Part shown: positions 1 through 11,087 of the stretch, one piece after another
Numbering within the stretch: the first letter of the stretch is position 1
Layout of the letters: the number at the start of each line of letters is the position of its first letter
IMG/VR virus record: IMGVR_UViG_3300027763_000031
Span: 1 to 64,000 of that record
Strand: one strand, 5' to 3'
Length of the DNA stretch: 64,000 nt
From: a virus
Taxonomy: Duplodnaviria > Caudoviricetes
Made by a program: the position numbers and the translations under genes
The notes under the pieces: generated by a model
Databases searched by the model: none
Told to the model about the DNA's origin: nothing
What the model saw: only the letters and a program-made list of their open reading frames with translations

Positions 1-144
1 TTGACACCCGATAGTTAACTCATTGCCGTGAAGCTACCGCTGGAATGTTAAGTTTTGTGTTGACACCCGATAGTTAACTCATTGCCGTGAAGCTACCGCC
101 GTAATGTTAAGTTTTGTAACATCGCACCCGATAGTCAACTCACC
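1..144. repeat. ~59-bp imperfect tandem repeat (2 full copies + partial); related copies at ~567-652
   Basis: ttgacacccgatagttaactcattgccgtgaagctaccgc starts at 1 and 60; gttaagttttgt and cacccgat(a/g)gtcaactcacc recur near 570-650. Confidence 0.85.
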
Positions 145-245
145 GAAGCGCGACACCCGAGGCGCAAACTTACCGAATGTTCACAGACCCGTCGGCACCC
201 CTGGCAACCATGCTATAATTACGAAGCCAACCAACCAAACGGCAA

Positions 246-422
246 ATGGCCACCCTGAACACTAGCAACCAAATCCTAGATTTTTTCGCGGGGCACCCGG
301 ATGTAAGGGTTACTCGCCGGTTCGGTCAGTACCGAGTCCACCGGGTCGAGAATGGCCGCCTCGCTGGCTGCATGGCCACTTACAACCTAGCTGAGCTTAA
401 GGTCTGGGCCGCCCGCTGGTGA
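246..422 (+). CDS. small hypothetical protein (58 aa)
   Basis: ATG 246 to TGA 422, read by hand; preceded by tgctataat -10-like element. Confidence 0.5.
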   Translation: MATLNTSNQILDFFAGHPDVRVTRRFGQYRVHRVENGRLAGCMATYNLAELKVWAARW

Positions 423-870
423 TTTCAGGGGTCTTGCCATCCGCCCCAGTTTCCAGGGCTTTTGTCATGGGTATAATGCTCGGAGCCTAACTCATTGCCA
501 CCGGGTATTGCCATCAGGAAAGCTAGTACAAGTGTATTTCTCCTGTGGTAAACTCCCTGCCCCGATGTGTTAAGTTTTGTATTGCCACCTGGTAATAAAC
601 TCACCGCAATGTTAAGTTTTGTAACATCACACCCGATGGTCAACTCACCGAACCGCAAACCTACCCGAAGCACAACACCACCCGGCAAACTTCGCCCGTA
701 TCGTGTCCTAACTGAAATAGCTCCCAACTCAACTTACTTATCGACCGGACCGCAAATCCACAACATACTGGCCCATAACTCAACTCACGCAATTACTACC
801 GCGTTAGAACTCGCGGGCCCTGACTCGATCATAGTTCGTTGCTCTCGGGAAGGTGACTGGTAGCGTGTAC

Positions 871-930
871 TTGCGTTCATGGCCCTTACGTTCATGGCCC
901 TTGCGTTCACGGTCATTTCACTCACGGTCA
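871..930. repeat. 15-bp imperfect tandem repeat x4
   Basis: ttgcgttcatggccc / ttacgttcatggccc / ttgcgttcacggtca / tttcactcacggtca. Confidence 0.8.
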
Positions 931-969
931 TCGCACGGCAATCCTACGGTAAACCCCCTAGGGCACCCA

Positions 970-998
970 TTGACTTTCGGGGGTAAATTCCCTACAAT
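970..998 (+). promoter_or_regulatory. sigma70-type promoter
   Basis: TTGACT-17 nt-TACAAT upstream of ORF 1068. Confidence 0.7.
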
Positions 999-1067
999 AA
1001 AACAGAATCAGATTGCCTTTGGCCTCATGGTTCACGGCATGGCCCAGAGGCCACAACACCCACTAAA

Positions 1068-1352
1068 ATGACTGACAACTCCGCATTAAAGGCAATCGAA
1101 ACCGCCACCAACCAACCGACCATCAACCTCAAGGTAGATTTCGGTATCCCGAAGGTCCTATCTATACTCACAATGGCATGGTGGTTTGCCGGAATTGCCG
1201 TGGCCCCATGGTTTTGGTGGAAACTCGCAGCTTGCATTCCCCCGGTCGGTATGGTCATTGCCGTCGATCGTGCCCTAACTGTGTATGCCCCGCAAGTTAT
1301 GACCCCTGTCGTCGCAACTCCCGAACCCCAATCACCCGCCATCATAAAATGA
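1068..1352 (+). CDS. hypothetical membrane protein
   Basis: hydrophobic Trp-rich segments; follows promoter. Confidence 0.6.
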   Translation: MTDNSALKAIETATNQPTINLKVDFGIPKVLSILTMAWWFAGIAVAPWFWWKLAACIPPVGMVIAVDRALTVYAPQVMTPVVATPEPQSPAIIK

Positions 1353-1546
1353 ACTCACAACAAGTTGCCCCCATTGGCCCAGCCCCCATTAGCCTGGCAG
1401 AGTGGCAAGAACTTGCCTCGTTAAAGGCAGCAATTGACGGCTACCCCCAGTCAGTTTGCCCTAGCAGGCAAGAGCGATTTACTGAACTCATGGTAAAGTC
1501 CCTGGTGGGCAAAGGTGATCGCCCCCTGGTTGCCCCCAAAGTATAG
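1349..1546 (+). CDS. small hypothetical phage protein
   Basis: ATG at 1349 overlaps upstream stop; EWQEL..LK.AI...P.SV....ERFTEL motif recalled from cyanophage ORFs. Confidence 0.6.
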   Translation: MNSQQVAPIGPAPISLAEWQELASLKAAIDGYPQSVCPSRQERFTELMVKSLVGKGDRPLVAPKV

Positions 1547-1691
1547 GTGATTGGGTTGTGTTCCTCGGGGTGGTCACCCTGGTTGGAACTAATTTGTGGC
1601 ACCGTCTTAGTAACACCAAATAAATAAACCGAACCCCAAACAAAATTACATCCGTCTTCAGACCGATACTCAATTACATAATTATCATAAC

Positions 1692-2255
1692 ATGACACAA
1701 ACAGAATGGGGCACTAAAGTAAGGACCCTAAATCTATCCCAACCTGACGGCAGCACATGCCAATCGGCCTGCATTGCTATGGCAATCGGCAGTAAGGATA
1801 TCTGTGGTATTCGGTCTCAGCTTTTGAAACTAGGGGATGCAGGTCACCCATCTAATATGGGCCAGATTCTTAGGCGTTACAAAGGGGGAAAGTATATCTA
1901 TGACGAAAGTGCTTCCATCAATGATATGGTTGGCTACCTGAAAAATGGTGAATTTCTAATTACTCACGGTTGGTTTACTGATAGCGGTCACGTTATTGCT
2001 CTTGATGGAGTGAGGACCACGGGGGCATCCTCTAAGGGGCACGCTTTCAATGTAAAGGATCCTTGGAGTGAATTTGATGGTCCCACATGGAGCTATAATA
2101 AACCAACGGTAAACTTCTTTGATGGGTTCTATAGCGACCGTATTATTTACGCTGCTTGCGTTGTTGGTACAAATCGGTGGGATTCAATTCGTTATTACTC
2201 CGAGAAAGTACAACCTGATGTCGGTAGGGCATGGGTCCATCGTATTCTTCCGTAG
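1692..2255 (+). CDS. papain-like (peptidase C39-like) cysteine peptidase
   Basis: Q..TCQSACIAM, SGHVI and DPW give a Cys-His-Asp arrangement. Confidence 0.7.
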   Translation: MTQTEWGTKVRTLNLSQPDGSTCQSACIAMAIGSKDICGIRSQLLKLGDAGHPSNMGQILRRYKGGKYIYDESASINDMVGYLKNGEFLITHGWFTDSGHVIALDGVRTTGASSKGHAFNVKDPWSEFDGPTWSYNKPTVNFFDGFYSDRIIYAACVVGTNRWDSIRYYSEKVQPDVGRAWVHRILP

Positions 2256-2444
2256 ATGCTGGTTCCAAACTCCGCTTTGAAATTAGAAGCCCCTGATGCC
2301 AGGGGACCCCTAGAAGCTCTGGATCCCTCAACTCCGTGGTATGAATTCTTGTCGTATTGCGAAGTTTGTCGGAGCCTAGGTGTGACTCCCTCAGTGGGCC
2401 GCTTCATTCGCTATCAAAACTACCTGAAGACAATCACTCGGTAA
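2256..2444 (+). CDS. small hypothetical phage protein
   Basis: abuts upstream stop; DPSTPWYEFLSYCEVC motif. Confidence 0.6.
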   Translation: MLVPNSALKLEAPDARGPLEALDPSTPWYEFLSYCEVCRSLGVTPSVGRFIRYQNYLKTITR

Positions 2445-2458
2445 GATTCTAGGGGAGG

Positions 2459-2487
2459 TTGACTTTAAGGACATGGGTAGCTATAAA
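2459..2487 (+). promoter_or_regulatory. sigma70-type promoter
   Basis: TTGACT-17 nt-TATAAA upstream of ATG 2542. Confidence 0.6.
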
Positions 2488-2541
2488 GAACTATCCAAGC
2501 AGTGGCTCTGATGGACGCCAACTAACACTAATTAACAAACA

Positions 2542-3487
2542 ATGACAAACGAACTCAATAACCCAATGCTAGACCGGGCTAAAGGATGCTTAATCGGACT
2601 CGCAATTGGTGATGCCTTAGGTGCGCCCTCAGAATTCAGTGATAGGGGGTACCTTCAAACCTGTAACCAACTTCCAAGATGGTGGTCCATTCAACCTTAA
2701 AGCAGGCCAATGGACTGATGATACGTCTCAGGCTTTGTGCTTGGCGGATTCCATTCTCTCGGATAAGGGATTCAGCCAAGAAGACTTCCTAAATAGGATG
2801 GTCAATTGGAAGCAGCATGGCCATAACAGTAGCACAGGCGAATGCTTTGATATTGGCATTGGAACTGCTAATGCTTTATGGCATTACGAAAGTACAGGTA
2901 AGGTGCCGCTTAATGCTAATTCAGGGGGTAACGGCAACATAATGAGGCTAGCGCCTGTTGCTATAGCTTATCACAGGGACATTGACAAGGTTCAAGAAAT
3001 TGCGAGACTATCAAGCTTAACAACTCATGGACATAACTCGGCACTAACTTGTGCCAATCTCTTGGGCATCATGCTAAGGGCTCATATTACTGGGGACCAT
3101 GTTGAAGGTGACTTTCCCCTACCTAGGCGCACCGAAGATGACCCGCACGAATCAACCCTATGCAGCAATACGATATATAAATTGTCAAGTGCGGCAACAT
3201 CCGATGAAAGTGAGTGGCATAACATAAGCGGATTCTCAACCGATACCCTGTGTGCGGCTATGTATTGTTTCTTCAATACTGAGTCCTTCAAAGAATGTGT
3301 ATTAACTGCGGTTAATCTAGGCGGCGACACAGATAGCGTAGGTGCTGTAGCGGGTCAAATTGCCGGGGCGTATTATGGGCTTTCTGGCATACCCCCAAAA
3401 TTCATTGATGGGTTGCAGGACAGTGGCAAGTTTCTGAATTTGGCAGAACAATTATTTAACTTACACCGAAACAAAAATGAAAACTGA
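2542..3487 (+). CDS. ADP-ribosylglycohydrolase (DraG/ARH family), with a 1-nt frameshift at the G5 run 2645-2649
   Basis: DRAKGCLIGLAIGDALGAPSEF reads in the frame from 2542; GQWTDDT, GNGNIMRLAP and NLGGDTDSVGAVAGQIAGA read in the next frame. Confidence 0.85.
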
Positions 3488-4217
3488 AACGCAGAGGGGT
3501 AAATTCATCGCCTTCGAAGGTATCGACGGCTGTGGAAAGACAACCCAACTAGCAACTATCGCTGATTGGTTGTGGTCAAGTGGTTTATTGCCAGAAGGGG
3601 CACAGGTTGTAGAAACTCGTGCGCCGGGTTGTTTGCCTGCTATTAGGACCTTACTTAAAGATCCTGCCACTGCGTTAACCCCTAGAGCCGAACTCCTATT
3701 GATGATGGCTGATAGAGCCCAACATGTGGAGACTGTAATTAAGCCCGAACTTGAAAGAGGCAATTGGGTATTATGTGACCGTTTCTATACCAGCACCATG
3801 GCATACCAAGGGTGGGGTAGAGCCTTAGGGTGGCAAGCCGTTAAGCAAGCACATGAACTTGCGTGTGGTTTGTTTTATCCAGACTTTGAGATTTACTTTG
3901 ATGTTCCAGCTGATGAAGCTGCATTGAGGGTTGAAAGGCGGAATAAGCAATTGAGACAAGAACATGGTAGGAAACCCGATGTCAAAGATCGGTTCGAGTC
4001 CCAAGGGAGACCATTTATGGACCGGGTTATTGAAGGTTACGACAATGCAAGTAAGTTACCTTTTATTAAGGAGTATCCACATGTTACAATCGATGGGTGT
4101 TGCGATATCGGCAAGGTAACTGAGTATTGCAAGGATGCCATTGCCAACTTTGTTGCTGCCTTAGATGTGGTCAGTACCCCCATGGTGATTAGCCCGACCC
4201 GGTATAAGGTCATGTAG
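3477..4217 (+). CDS. tmk: thymidylate kinase
   Basis: FIAFEGIDGCGKTTQ, ADRAQH, LCDRF..ST.AYQG, DRFE. Confidence 0.93.
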   Translation: MKTETQRGKFIAFEGIDGCGKTTQLATIADWLWSSGLLPEGAQVVETRAPGCLPAIRTLLKDPATALTPRAELLLMMADRAQHVETVIKPELERGNWVLCDRFYTSTMAYQGWGRALGWQAVKQAHELACGLFYPDFEIYFDVPADEAALRVERRNKQLRQEHGRKPDVKDRFESQGRPFMDRVIEGYDNASKLPFIKEYPHVTIDGCCDIGKVTEYCKDAIANFVAALDVVSTPMVISPTRYKVM

Positions 4218-4270
4218 TAAATCGGCCCCTGCTTTTGTAGACCGTGATGAGCGGTACCAATGAAACCTAG

Positions 4271-4312
4271 ATACATACATACATACATACATACATACAT
4301 ACATACATACAT
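4271..4312. repeat. (ATAC)10 microsatellite, intergenic
   Basis: perfect tetranucleotide run just upstream of ORF 4334. Confidence 0.95.
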
Positions 4313-4333
4313 CCCCCTAAACTCAAAAGCAAA

Positions 4334-4696
4334 ATGAAACCTTTTCTTCATGGGCGAAAACATGCCAAGAAGTACGGCGGATCTCCAGACGATTACGCTG
4401 ACATTGACGACTTCATCGACAGTAGTAAAATTGCGTTCCCCGATATTCGGCACCGTGCGTTGTTGCACTCTTCTTTCGGGTGTTTCATCGTCGAGCAAAT
4501 GTTCGGGCGCACCCGGATCAACTCTGCGGGAGTAACTTACTCTCCGCGAGACATTGCTGAAGATCACATTATTCAGGATCTGGGGTTTATTCCCACAGTC
4601 GAGAATTACCTGAACAATATGGTTGTCCAACCATGGATGTCAGGAACTAACAAATCACCAAACAAACAGACTAAATTCATCCCAATCGGAGATTAA
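4334..4696 (+). CDS. conserved phage hypothetical protein (DUF6915-like)
   Basis: KYGG.PDDY..I..FIDSSK....DIRHRALLH...RDIAEDHI.QDLG.IP. Confidence 0.65.
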   Translation: MKPFLHGRKHAKKYGGSPDDYADIDDFIDSSKIAFPDIRHRALLHSSFGCFIVEQMFGRTRINSAGVTYSPRDIAEDHIIQDLGFIPTVENYLNNMVVQPWMSGTNKSPNKQTKFIPIGD

Positions 4697-4699
4697 ACC

Positions 4700-5179
4700 A
4701 TGACTCAATCCCTTGACTCCCTTATTCAAGATTTTACCTCTTACCAAGAGCAATTCAGGAAATTAGCTACGGAAAAACTTAAAGAGTTCTTCGTAAAATT
4801 CTGGGAAGAGAACCCTGCTATTGAAGCTGTAACTTGGAACCAATACGCGCCTTATTTCAACGATGGGGACCCGTGCGAATTCAGTGTGAATGATCCTTAC
4901 TTCACGAATGCCGAAGGAAAAGATCTTGAGGATATCACCCCGTGGGGTGAATACGACGGGGAAAAAGAGGACATTTGGTCTGAGTATTCGTTCACATGTA
5001 AATATGGAGAGGTTATTATCCCCGAAGGAGTAGACCCCATCTCAACAAAATCTCTTTCTTCTCTTTTAACCTCAAAGGTTATGGAAACGATTATGGAGGC
5101 AACCTTCGGGTCAGACAACACCGTAATTGCAACACGGGAGGGGTTCCAGGTGAATGACTTTTCGGGGGATCATGATTGA
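4700..5179 (+). CDS. conserved phage hypothetical protein
   Basis: WNQYAPYFNDGDPCEF motif; tightly coupled to upstream gene. Confidence 0.7.
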   Translation: MTQSLDSLIQDFTSYQEQFRKLATEKLKEFFVKFWEENPAIEAVTWNQYAPYFNDGDPCEFSVNDPYFTNAEGKDLEDITPWGEYDGEKEDIWSEYSFTCKYGEVIIPEGVDPISTKSLSSLLTSKVMETIMEATFGSDNTVIATREGFQVNDFSGDHD

Positions 5180-5300
5180 CTATACTGTGAAAGGCTTGTA
5201 ACTGATTCTTAATGTGAAGCCTAACCAGTGGTGATCAATCCCGACGGCAATCCCAAAGCAGGGTGCAGGGTAAACCCTAATTGCACGGCTAACAAGCAGC

Positions 5301-5864
5301 ATGGGGCAGGACGGCCCAAAAATAACAGAGGTCCACCCAACCCCTTTAGCCCCCCTAGCGCTATTACTCGAATGGGTCAGATCACCACTGGTAGACTCCA
5401 CCCTGAATGCCAATCAAATTGGCAATCTCAAGGGGTATACGCCTAGTGCATTAAATTGGTTGGTTGAAAATGAATATGTGGTTAGGTTCCATCGTGGTGG
5501 AGGAATGTTTAGGCCAGGCCCCCGCAGAACCAAAGTGGCGTCATATCCTGAACTTATCCGGGCTAGACTAGGTTTAAAGAAACCCAACCTAAAACCAAGC
5601 ACCATCCGATATTACAACTCTGTGCTAGGCATACGGCAACCTGAGGGTCTATTTAGAGTCAATGCAAAAGGTTTGCCTGCTATGTTTGAAGGTATCTTCG
5701 GGTTACCGCACCGGGTAAATGCAACCACATTCGCGAAAACTCATCAGCTACCAACCGCAAAAGTCAAAGAATGGTTTAGAGATTTAGTGAGGTCAGATCG
5801 GGCATCTATCGTCGCAGTTAGGGGCAAGCGACTGATTGTTTGCCGGGTGGAAACCGAACCTTGA
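5301..5864 (+). CDS. basic hypothetical protein
   Basis: 187-aa ORF, Arg/Lys-rich. Confidence 0.5.
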   Translation: MGQDGPKITEVHPTPLAPLALLLEWVRSPLVDSTLNANQIGNLKGYTPSALNWLVENEYVVRFHRGGGMFRPGPRRTKVASYPELIRARLGLKKPNLKPSTIRYYNSVLGIRQPEGLFRVNAKGLPAMFEGIFGLPHRVNATTFAKTHQLPTAKVKEWFRDLVRSDRASIVAVRGKRLIVCRVETEP

Positions 5865-5908
5865 CTCTGTGGTGGGACTCGTTACAATGTCAATGACAAT
5901 GACTTCCT

Positions 5909-6306
<398 letters not shown>

Positions 6307-6426
6307 AATGAATGGTCGCACGCCGAAACTTGACCCTATGCTAACGGCAATCACGCTTGGTTACCTTGATGGGGCCAACGAAAAAATTCTTAACTCGCCA
6401 CAACAACACCCAATCGCAAATAGCAA

Positions 6427-6747
6427 ATGACAACTGTAGAACCACCTGACTATTCGGCAGAAAACTCAAAGCAACCACAGCAAACACAGCAACCACAGCA
6501 AACCGCAATTACGATTAACATACCGACCAACTTTGCCGAAGCTTTTAATTCGCTATCAGAACGAGAGGGGCTAACTCAAGACGAACTATTCATGCGCTCC
6601 CTCGGTCTTTACTCGCTGGCATCTCAAGCTGAGGAAGGAAACTATGCCTTGTCATTCACTCGGATTGAAGGGACTAACGATCTAACCGTCAAGGAAGCCA
6701 TCCGAATCGAAGATGAACCAGAGTCCCGCCTTATTTTACCTCGCTAA
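6427..6747 (+). CDS. hypothetical protein, possible ribbon-helix-helix DNA-binding
   Basis: ITINIP...AEAFNSLSEREGLTQDELFMRSL pattern. Confidence 0.5.
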   Translation: MTTVEPPDYSAENSKQPQQTQQPQQTAITINIPTNFAEAFNSLSEREGLTQDELFMRSLGLYSLASQAEEGNYALSFTRIEGTNDLTVKEAIRIEDEPESRLILPR

Positions 6748-6807
6748 TTGCTATTTGGGGTTATCTACACCATCTATATCACCCACGGTAAACACCTGAC
6801 TCGACCC

Positions 6808-7371
6808 ATGACAAACCACGAAATCTACTTCTCAACTGACATAGAAACTGACGGGCCAATCCCTGGCCCACACAGTATGTTATCTCTGGGGTCAGCTGCT
6901 TTTAGTTCAGATGGTGTTTTGTTAGGGACATTCAGTGCTAACTTAAAAACATTGCCAGGGGCAAAACCAGATCCCAAAACTGCCGAATGGTGGAAGTCTC
7001 AACCTGGGGCTTGGGAGGCGTGCCGGGAAAATGTGCAGGACCCGGCTGATGCCTTAGTTGCCTATATTAAATGGGTAAAGGAACTTTCAGGTAGCGGCAA
7101 ACCTGTATTTGTTGCGTTTCCTGCAGGCTTTGACTTCCTGTTCGTGTATTGGTATATGATTAAATTCGCAGGGGGATCCCCATTTAGCTTCTCTGCCCTA
7201 GATGGCAAGACATATGCTATGGCTCTCTTGAAGAGACCGTACAGGCAATCTACAAAACGTAATTATCCAAAGGCGTGGTTTCCCCCAAAGTCTAACCATA
7301 CTCACATTGCCCTTGACGATGCCATTGAACAGGGCCGCATTTTTTGCAACATGCTGAGGGCTAATAGTTGA
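6808..7371 (+). CDS. DEDD-family 3'-5' exonuclease
   Basis: [26 protein letters not shown]. Confidence 0.85.
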   Translation: MTNHEIYFSTDIETDGPIPGPHSMLSLGSAAFSSDGVLLGTFSANLKTLPGAKPDPKTAEWWKSQPGAWEACRENVQDPADALVAYIKWVKELSGSGKPVFVAFPAGFDFLFVYWYMIKFAGGSPFSFSALDGKTYAMALLKRPYRQSTKRNYPKAWFPPKSNHTHIALDDAIEQGRIFCNMLRANS

Positions 7372-7393
7372 CGTGCGGGTAATTCATTATTAG

Positions 7394-7436
7394 GCAACTG
7401 GCAACTAGCAACTAGCAACTGGCAACTGGCAATTAG
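7394..7436. repeat. 7-bp tandem repeat x6 (gcaact[g/a])
   Basis: seen directly, intergenic. Confidence 0.85.
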
Positions 7437-8285
7437 TATATTACAAATGGCAAAATGACACATGACCGACAGCAACTGTCAAAATGACACACTTCAAAGC
7501 AAAACAAACTCGCGTCCTAACGGAACTTGGTAGAGACTTAGTTGATGTATACAATAAGACTCCCGGCTCATCTGGGCCATATGCCAACCCCGAATCCATA
7601 CAAGCAGTGATTGATTTTCTTATGGGGCGTATCGATGGTAAAGAGCAGTGTGATTTTGCAATCTTTAGTGACGATTGACCCCATAAGTCATTACTTTTAA
7701 CTTCCTTACAGCTAAGTATACTCCCCACCCATGAACCATTCAGAAAAAATGCAGGCATATTCCCAGAAGGTAATGGAATCCCATTTGGCCCTATTAAAAG
7801 GCAATACCGAAGCCAGTAATGCCACCTTCAGCGAAGTAAAGCCGATTTGGCTAGATCTGATTTCCGGTGATGGTGAGTAGGCACCTCCCCTAAACAACAT
7901 GGCAATCACATCAAACCACATTAACCCCTTTAGAGAACTGGGAAGTATTGAGTATTGGTCTTTGGCGGGCTTGAGTGAGATGGGCTCAATGCTTTCCCAT
8001 ATTGGGACCTTGGTTAAAGAAGCTCACCATAGGCATAACAGTTCCATAGAATTCACTTTCTACACTGTTGTGAACAGAGAAGACCCCTCCATAAGAAAAC
8101 CATCTATGACCAGTGCTTTAAAACTCCTTAAAGAGTTTGGTTTCGAAGTCTTAGAAAAAACTGTAAAAAAAGGTGACATCATGTGTACACTAAGAATTTC
8201 TTGGCCTCACAATTTTATTACCGATGTGACCCCGCCACCATGCTAAGGTAAGTCCATACCAAACTCAACCAATCCCCAAACAGCA

Positions 8286-9155
8286 ATGAAAAACCCAACA
8301 TTCCTACTCCAAGCCGGTGGGCCACTACCGACAGAAAAAATCGCCTGCAGCTTCTCATGTTACCCTGTCAGGTATTGCTCATTAGAGGAGCTAACAAAGT
8401 TAGACCCCCAAGAAGCAAAAATCCGATATATCCCAGTTGGCTCAGTTGAGTTTGCCAAGGCATATGGTGACCACGTCGGTATCCGGCTACCTGATGATTT
8501 TTCCTATGGGATTTGTGATGGTGATCTGGACAAATTCCTAATGAGGACTATCCGAAGGGGCACCTATGGTGATGCGACCCTAACCGATTTCGTTAAACCC
8601 ATTGAGATAAAGTTGTTCACAGGTAATGTTAAGAGTAACTTAGAATCAGAAGAACTTGGCTTCGTCTCAAATAGCACTCCAGTTTGGATTTCCGAGGCCG
8701 TACCTTTCGGAGCTGAGTTTCGCTTCTATGTTCAGGATTTCATTGGTGGTGGTAAAGTCCAGGGTTGGTCTCGATACGATGATTCAAACATGCAATGCCC
8801 TGAACCCGACTTCGGGTTGGTTGAGGCCATAATGAAAGAATTGGAAGGCAATGGTGCCCCAGGGGCATATACGGTGGACATCGGATGGAGGTGTGATTTA
8901 GGCAGGTATTGCCTAGTCGAGCTTAACGATGCCTGGGCATTAGGTTTGTACGAAAATAACGACCCCCAATCTAACCCCCCTACCCGACAGCAATATGCAG
9001 ATATGCTGGTGTCTAGGTGGCGGCAAATCGTATTTTGTAGCCTTTTAGATGATGCCAATGGGTCTCACGAACGGCTAAGTTGGTCCCATGCTACCGCCGA
9101 GTTATATCATGCCACTGACGACTATGGCGATGATTACGGCGAAACAGCACGATAG
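8286..9155 (+). CDS. ATP-grasp domain protein (DUF4343/R2K-like)
   Basis: PVGSVEF, FVKP...KLFTG, EFRFYV, YTVDIG, LVELNDAWALGLY. Confidence 0.75.
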   Translation: MKNPTFLLQAGGPLPTEKIACSFSCYPVRYCSLEELTKLDPQEAKIRYIPVGSVEFAKAYGDHVGIRLPDDFSYGICDGDLDKFLMRTIRRGTYGDATLTDFVKPIEIKLFTGNVKSNLESEELGFVSNSTPVWISEAVPFGAEFRFYVQDFIGGGKVQGWSRYDDSNMQCPEPDFGLVEAIMKELEGNGAPGAYTVDIGWRCDLGRYCLVELNDAWALGLYENNDPQSNPPTRQQYADMLVSRWRQIVFCSLLDDANGSHERLSWSHATAELYHATDDYGDDYGETAR

Positions 9156-9245
9156 TTACTGCCTATAAGCATCAATAGCCAAACCAAACCACCAATCCGC
9201 CACTTCACCAACCACCAATCACCAACCACCTATCACTAACCCAAA

Positions 9246-9920
9246 ATGACTGAACCCCCATCAATCAAACCATCAGCAATCGAACCCTCGGCAATGGCAA
9301 CCGAACCAAACAGCAAGGACCGAATTTCCCAACTAGAAGAACAAGTTGCATTCCTAATGGGGGAACTAGAAAGAGAACGTAGACGGTCAGATTCCCTGTG
9401 GGGGGCCATCTATGCGGCATTCATTGACGAGGAAAATGGAAAGGAAGAGGCACAGTTTTGGGCTGACCGGATTTCGGCTTTAGTTGCTGATTGGGTTAAC
9501 AACCGCCGGGAGAACCTAAACCAACGCATCATGGCGACGGGAGCAATGCCCCCATATTCTGATTGTCTAAATGAGCTAATCATTAGTATTTCTCCGCCGG
9601 GTTCAACTCCGGCCCCGCTACCTGAATTTAATCCGCTACATGCTCAGCATACGATTGGCACTCAAGCTGCGCCAACATCAGGGTCGTATCCACCGTACCA
9701 GCCATATCAACCCCCCACCCAATTGCCATCGATTCCTACGACCGTGGCAATGACCCCATCCGCACCACAACAAGCTGCAGTAACTGGGGAGCGTATTGCC
9801 CCGCGTGTCAATGTCCCGAGGCCATTTGCTGTGTCGATAGCTGCTAATGTTCCTAATGGTGCTGTCCCTAGTGTAGCCCCTAGTGTAGACCTTAGTGTAA
9901 ACACGGCCGAGGGGATGTAG
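9246..9920 (+). CDS. hypothetical protein (coiled coil + Pro-rich tail)
   Basis: 224-aa ORF. Confidence 0.6.
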   Translation: MTEPPSIKPSAIEPSAMATEPNSKDRISQLEEQVAFLMGELERERRRSDSLWGAIYAAFIDEENGKEEAQFWADRISALVADWVNNRRENLNQRIMATGAMPPYSDCLNELIISISPPGSTPAPLPEFNPLHAQHTIGTQAAPTSGSYPPYQPYQPPTQLPSIPTTVAMTPSAPQQAAVTGERIAPRVNVPRPFAVSIAANVPNGAVPSVAPSVDLSVNTAEGM

Positions 9921-10083
9921 GTTTGGTTTTTGCCCTATACAATTCTTAAGGGGCTATGATGCTTATGTATCCCTATCAACGCAAGCACTTGACAACAAGT
10001 TGCCAATGGCCTAGCTGCATGACTCTAACATCCTGATCCCCGGGAACAAATCCGAAACCAAAATCCAAAAACCCAAAACCAAA

Positions 10084-10629
10084 ATGGCAACCACATACAA
10101 ACCACCCGCACCACTACCACCAAAATGGCAAGGCTACAGCGTCTTTCTCGCTGGCTCTATCGAAATGGGGGCCGCCCCCAATTGGCAGGCTGCCATTGAA
10201 CGTGACCTCGCCGATATTGACATCGCCATCTACAATCCGCGCCGTGACAACTGGGACCCAACATGGGTGCAAAGCGCAGACAATCCCCAGTTTCGTGAAC
10301 AAGTCGAGTGGGAACTTGATGCTCTGGCTCAGGCGAATCTGGTAGTTATGTATTTGGCACCGGGCACCATGAGTCCGATATCGTTGCTGGAGCTTGGGAT
10401 TTACGCTGCTAATGGGGGCAAAAAGCTAGTTGTGTGTTGTCCAGAAGGGTCCCACCGAAAGGGAAACGTTGACATTGTTTGCGAACGTTATGGCATCGAA
10501 CAAGTTGATTCCTTGGATGGGCTTACGGACGCTATTCGGACTTGGTATTACCAGTGGCAAATAATATGGGCGGAAAATGGTTTCGATAACGGATCTAACA
10601 ACATGACCATTAATTCACACTTTAAGTAA
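10084..10629 (+). CDS. nucleoside 2-deoxyribosyltransferase-like protein
   Basis: VFLAGSI, WQ, NPRRDNWD, QVEWEL, SPISLLELG. Confidence 0.85.
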   Translation: MATTYKPPAPLPPKWQGYSVFLAGSIEMGAAPNWQAAIERDLADIDIAIYNPRRDNWDPTWVQSADNPQFREQVEWELDALAQANLVVMYLAPGTMSPISLLELGIYAANGGKKLVVCCPEGSHRKGNVDIVCERYGIEQVDSLDGLTDAIRTWYYQWQIIWAENGFDNGSNNMTINSHFK

Positions 10630-11087
10630 ATGATAACCCCTTTCAACCAACCACCCCATCTCCCTGACTTCGATGATATGGACCCTGACGGGTGTATTGA
10701 GATTTTATTAGGGGAAGACAAGGATGGCTATCAACATCTGGACTATCAGCATGTGGGCCATTATAGGGACGATTGTACCAAACTAGGTAGGACTCGACCC
10801 TGGAGACGAACCAAAGAATGGATCCCTAAAAATCAGGAGTACACCGATGCTGATTTTGCCTGGGCTCTAAGCCGAGTCTTGGAAAACATTCAGACCACCT
10901 ACGATCTGAAGAGTCTCAAAATTGGACTTACTGATGGGGAGTGTGGCCGCATTATGCTTATGAGAGAGCAAGCCAATAAGAAGTCTTCCACCTAGGCTAA
11001 CTAACCCGAACGTCAAAGGGTCGGTAAACCACCCTATACACCCGGACAGAAACACCCTATAATACACTCAGACCCCCCACCTGAACC

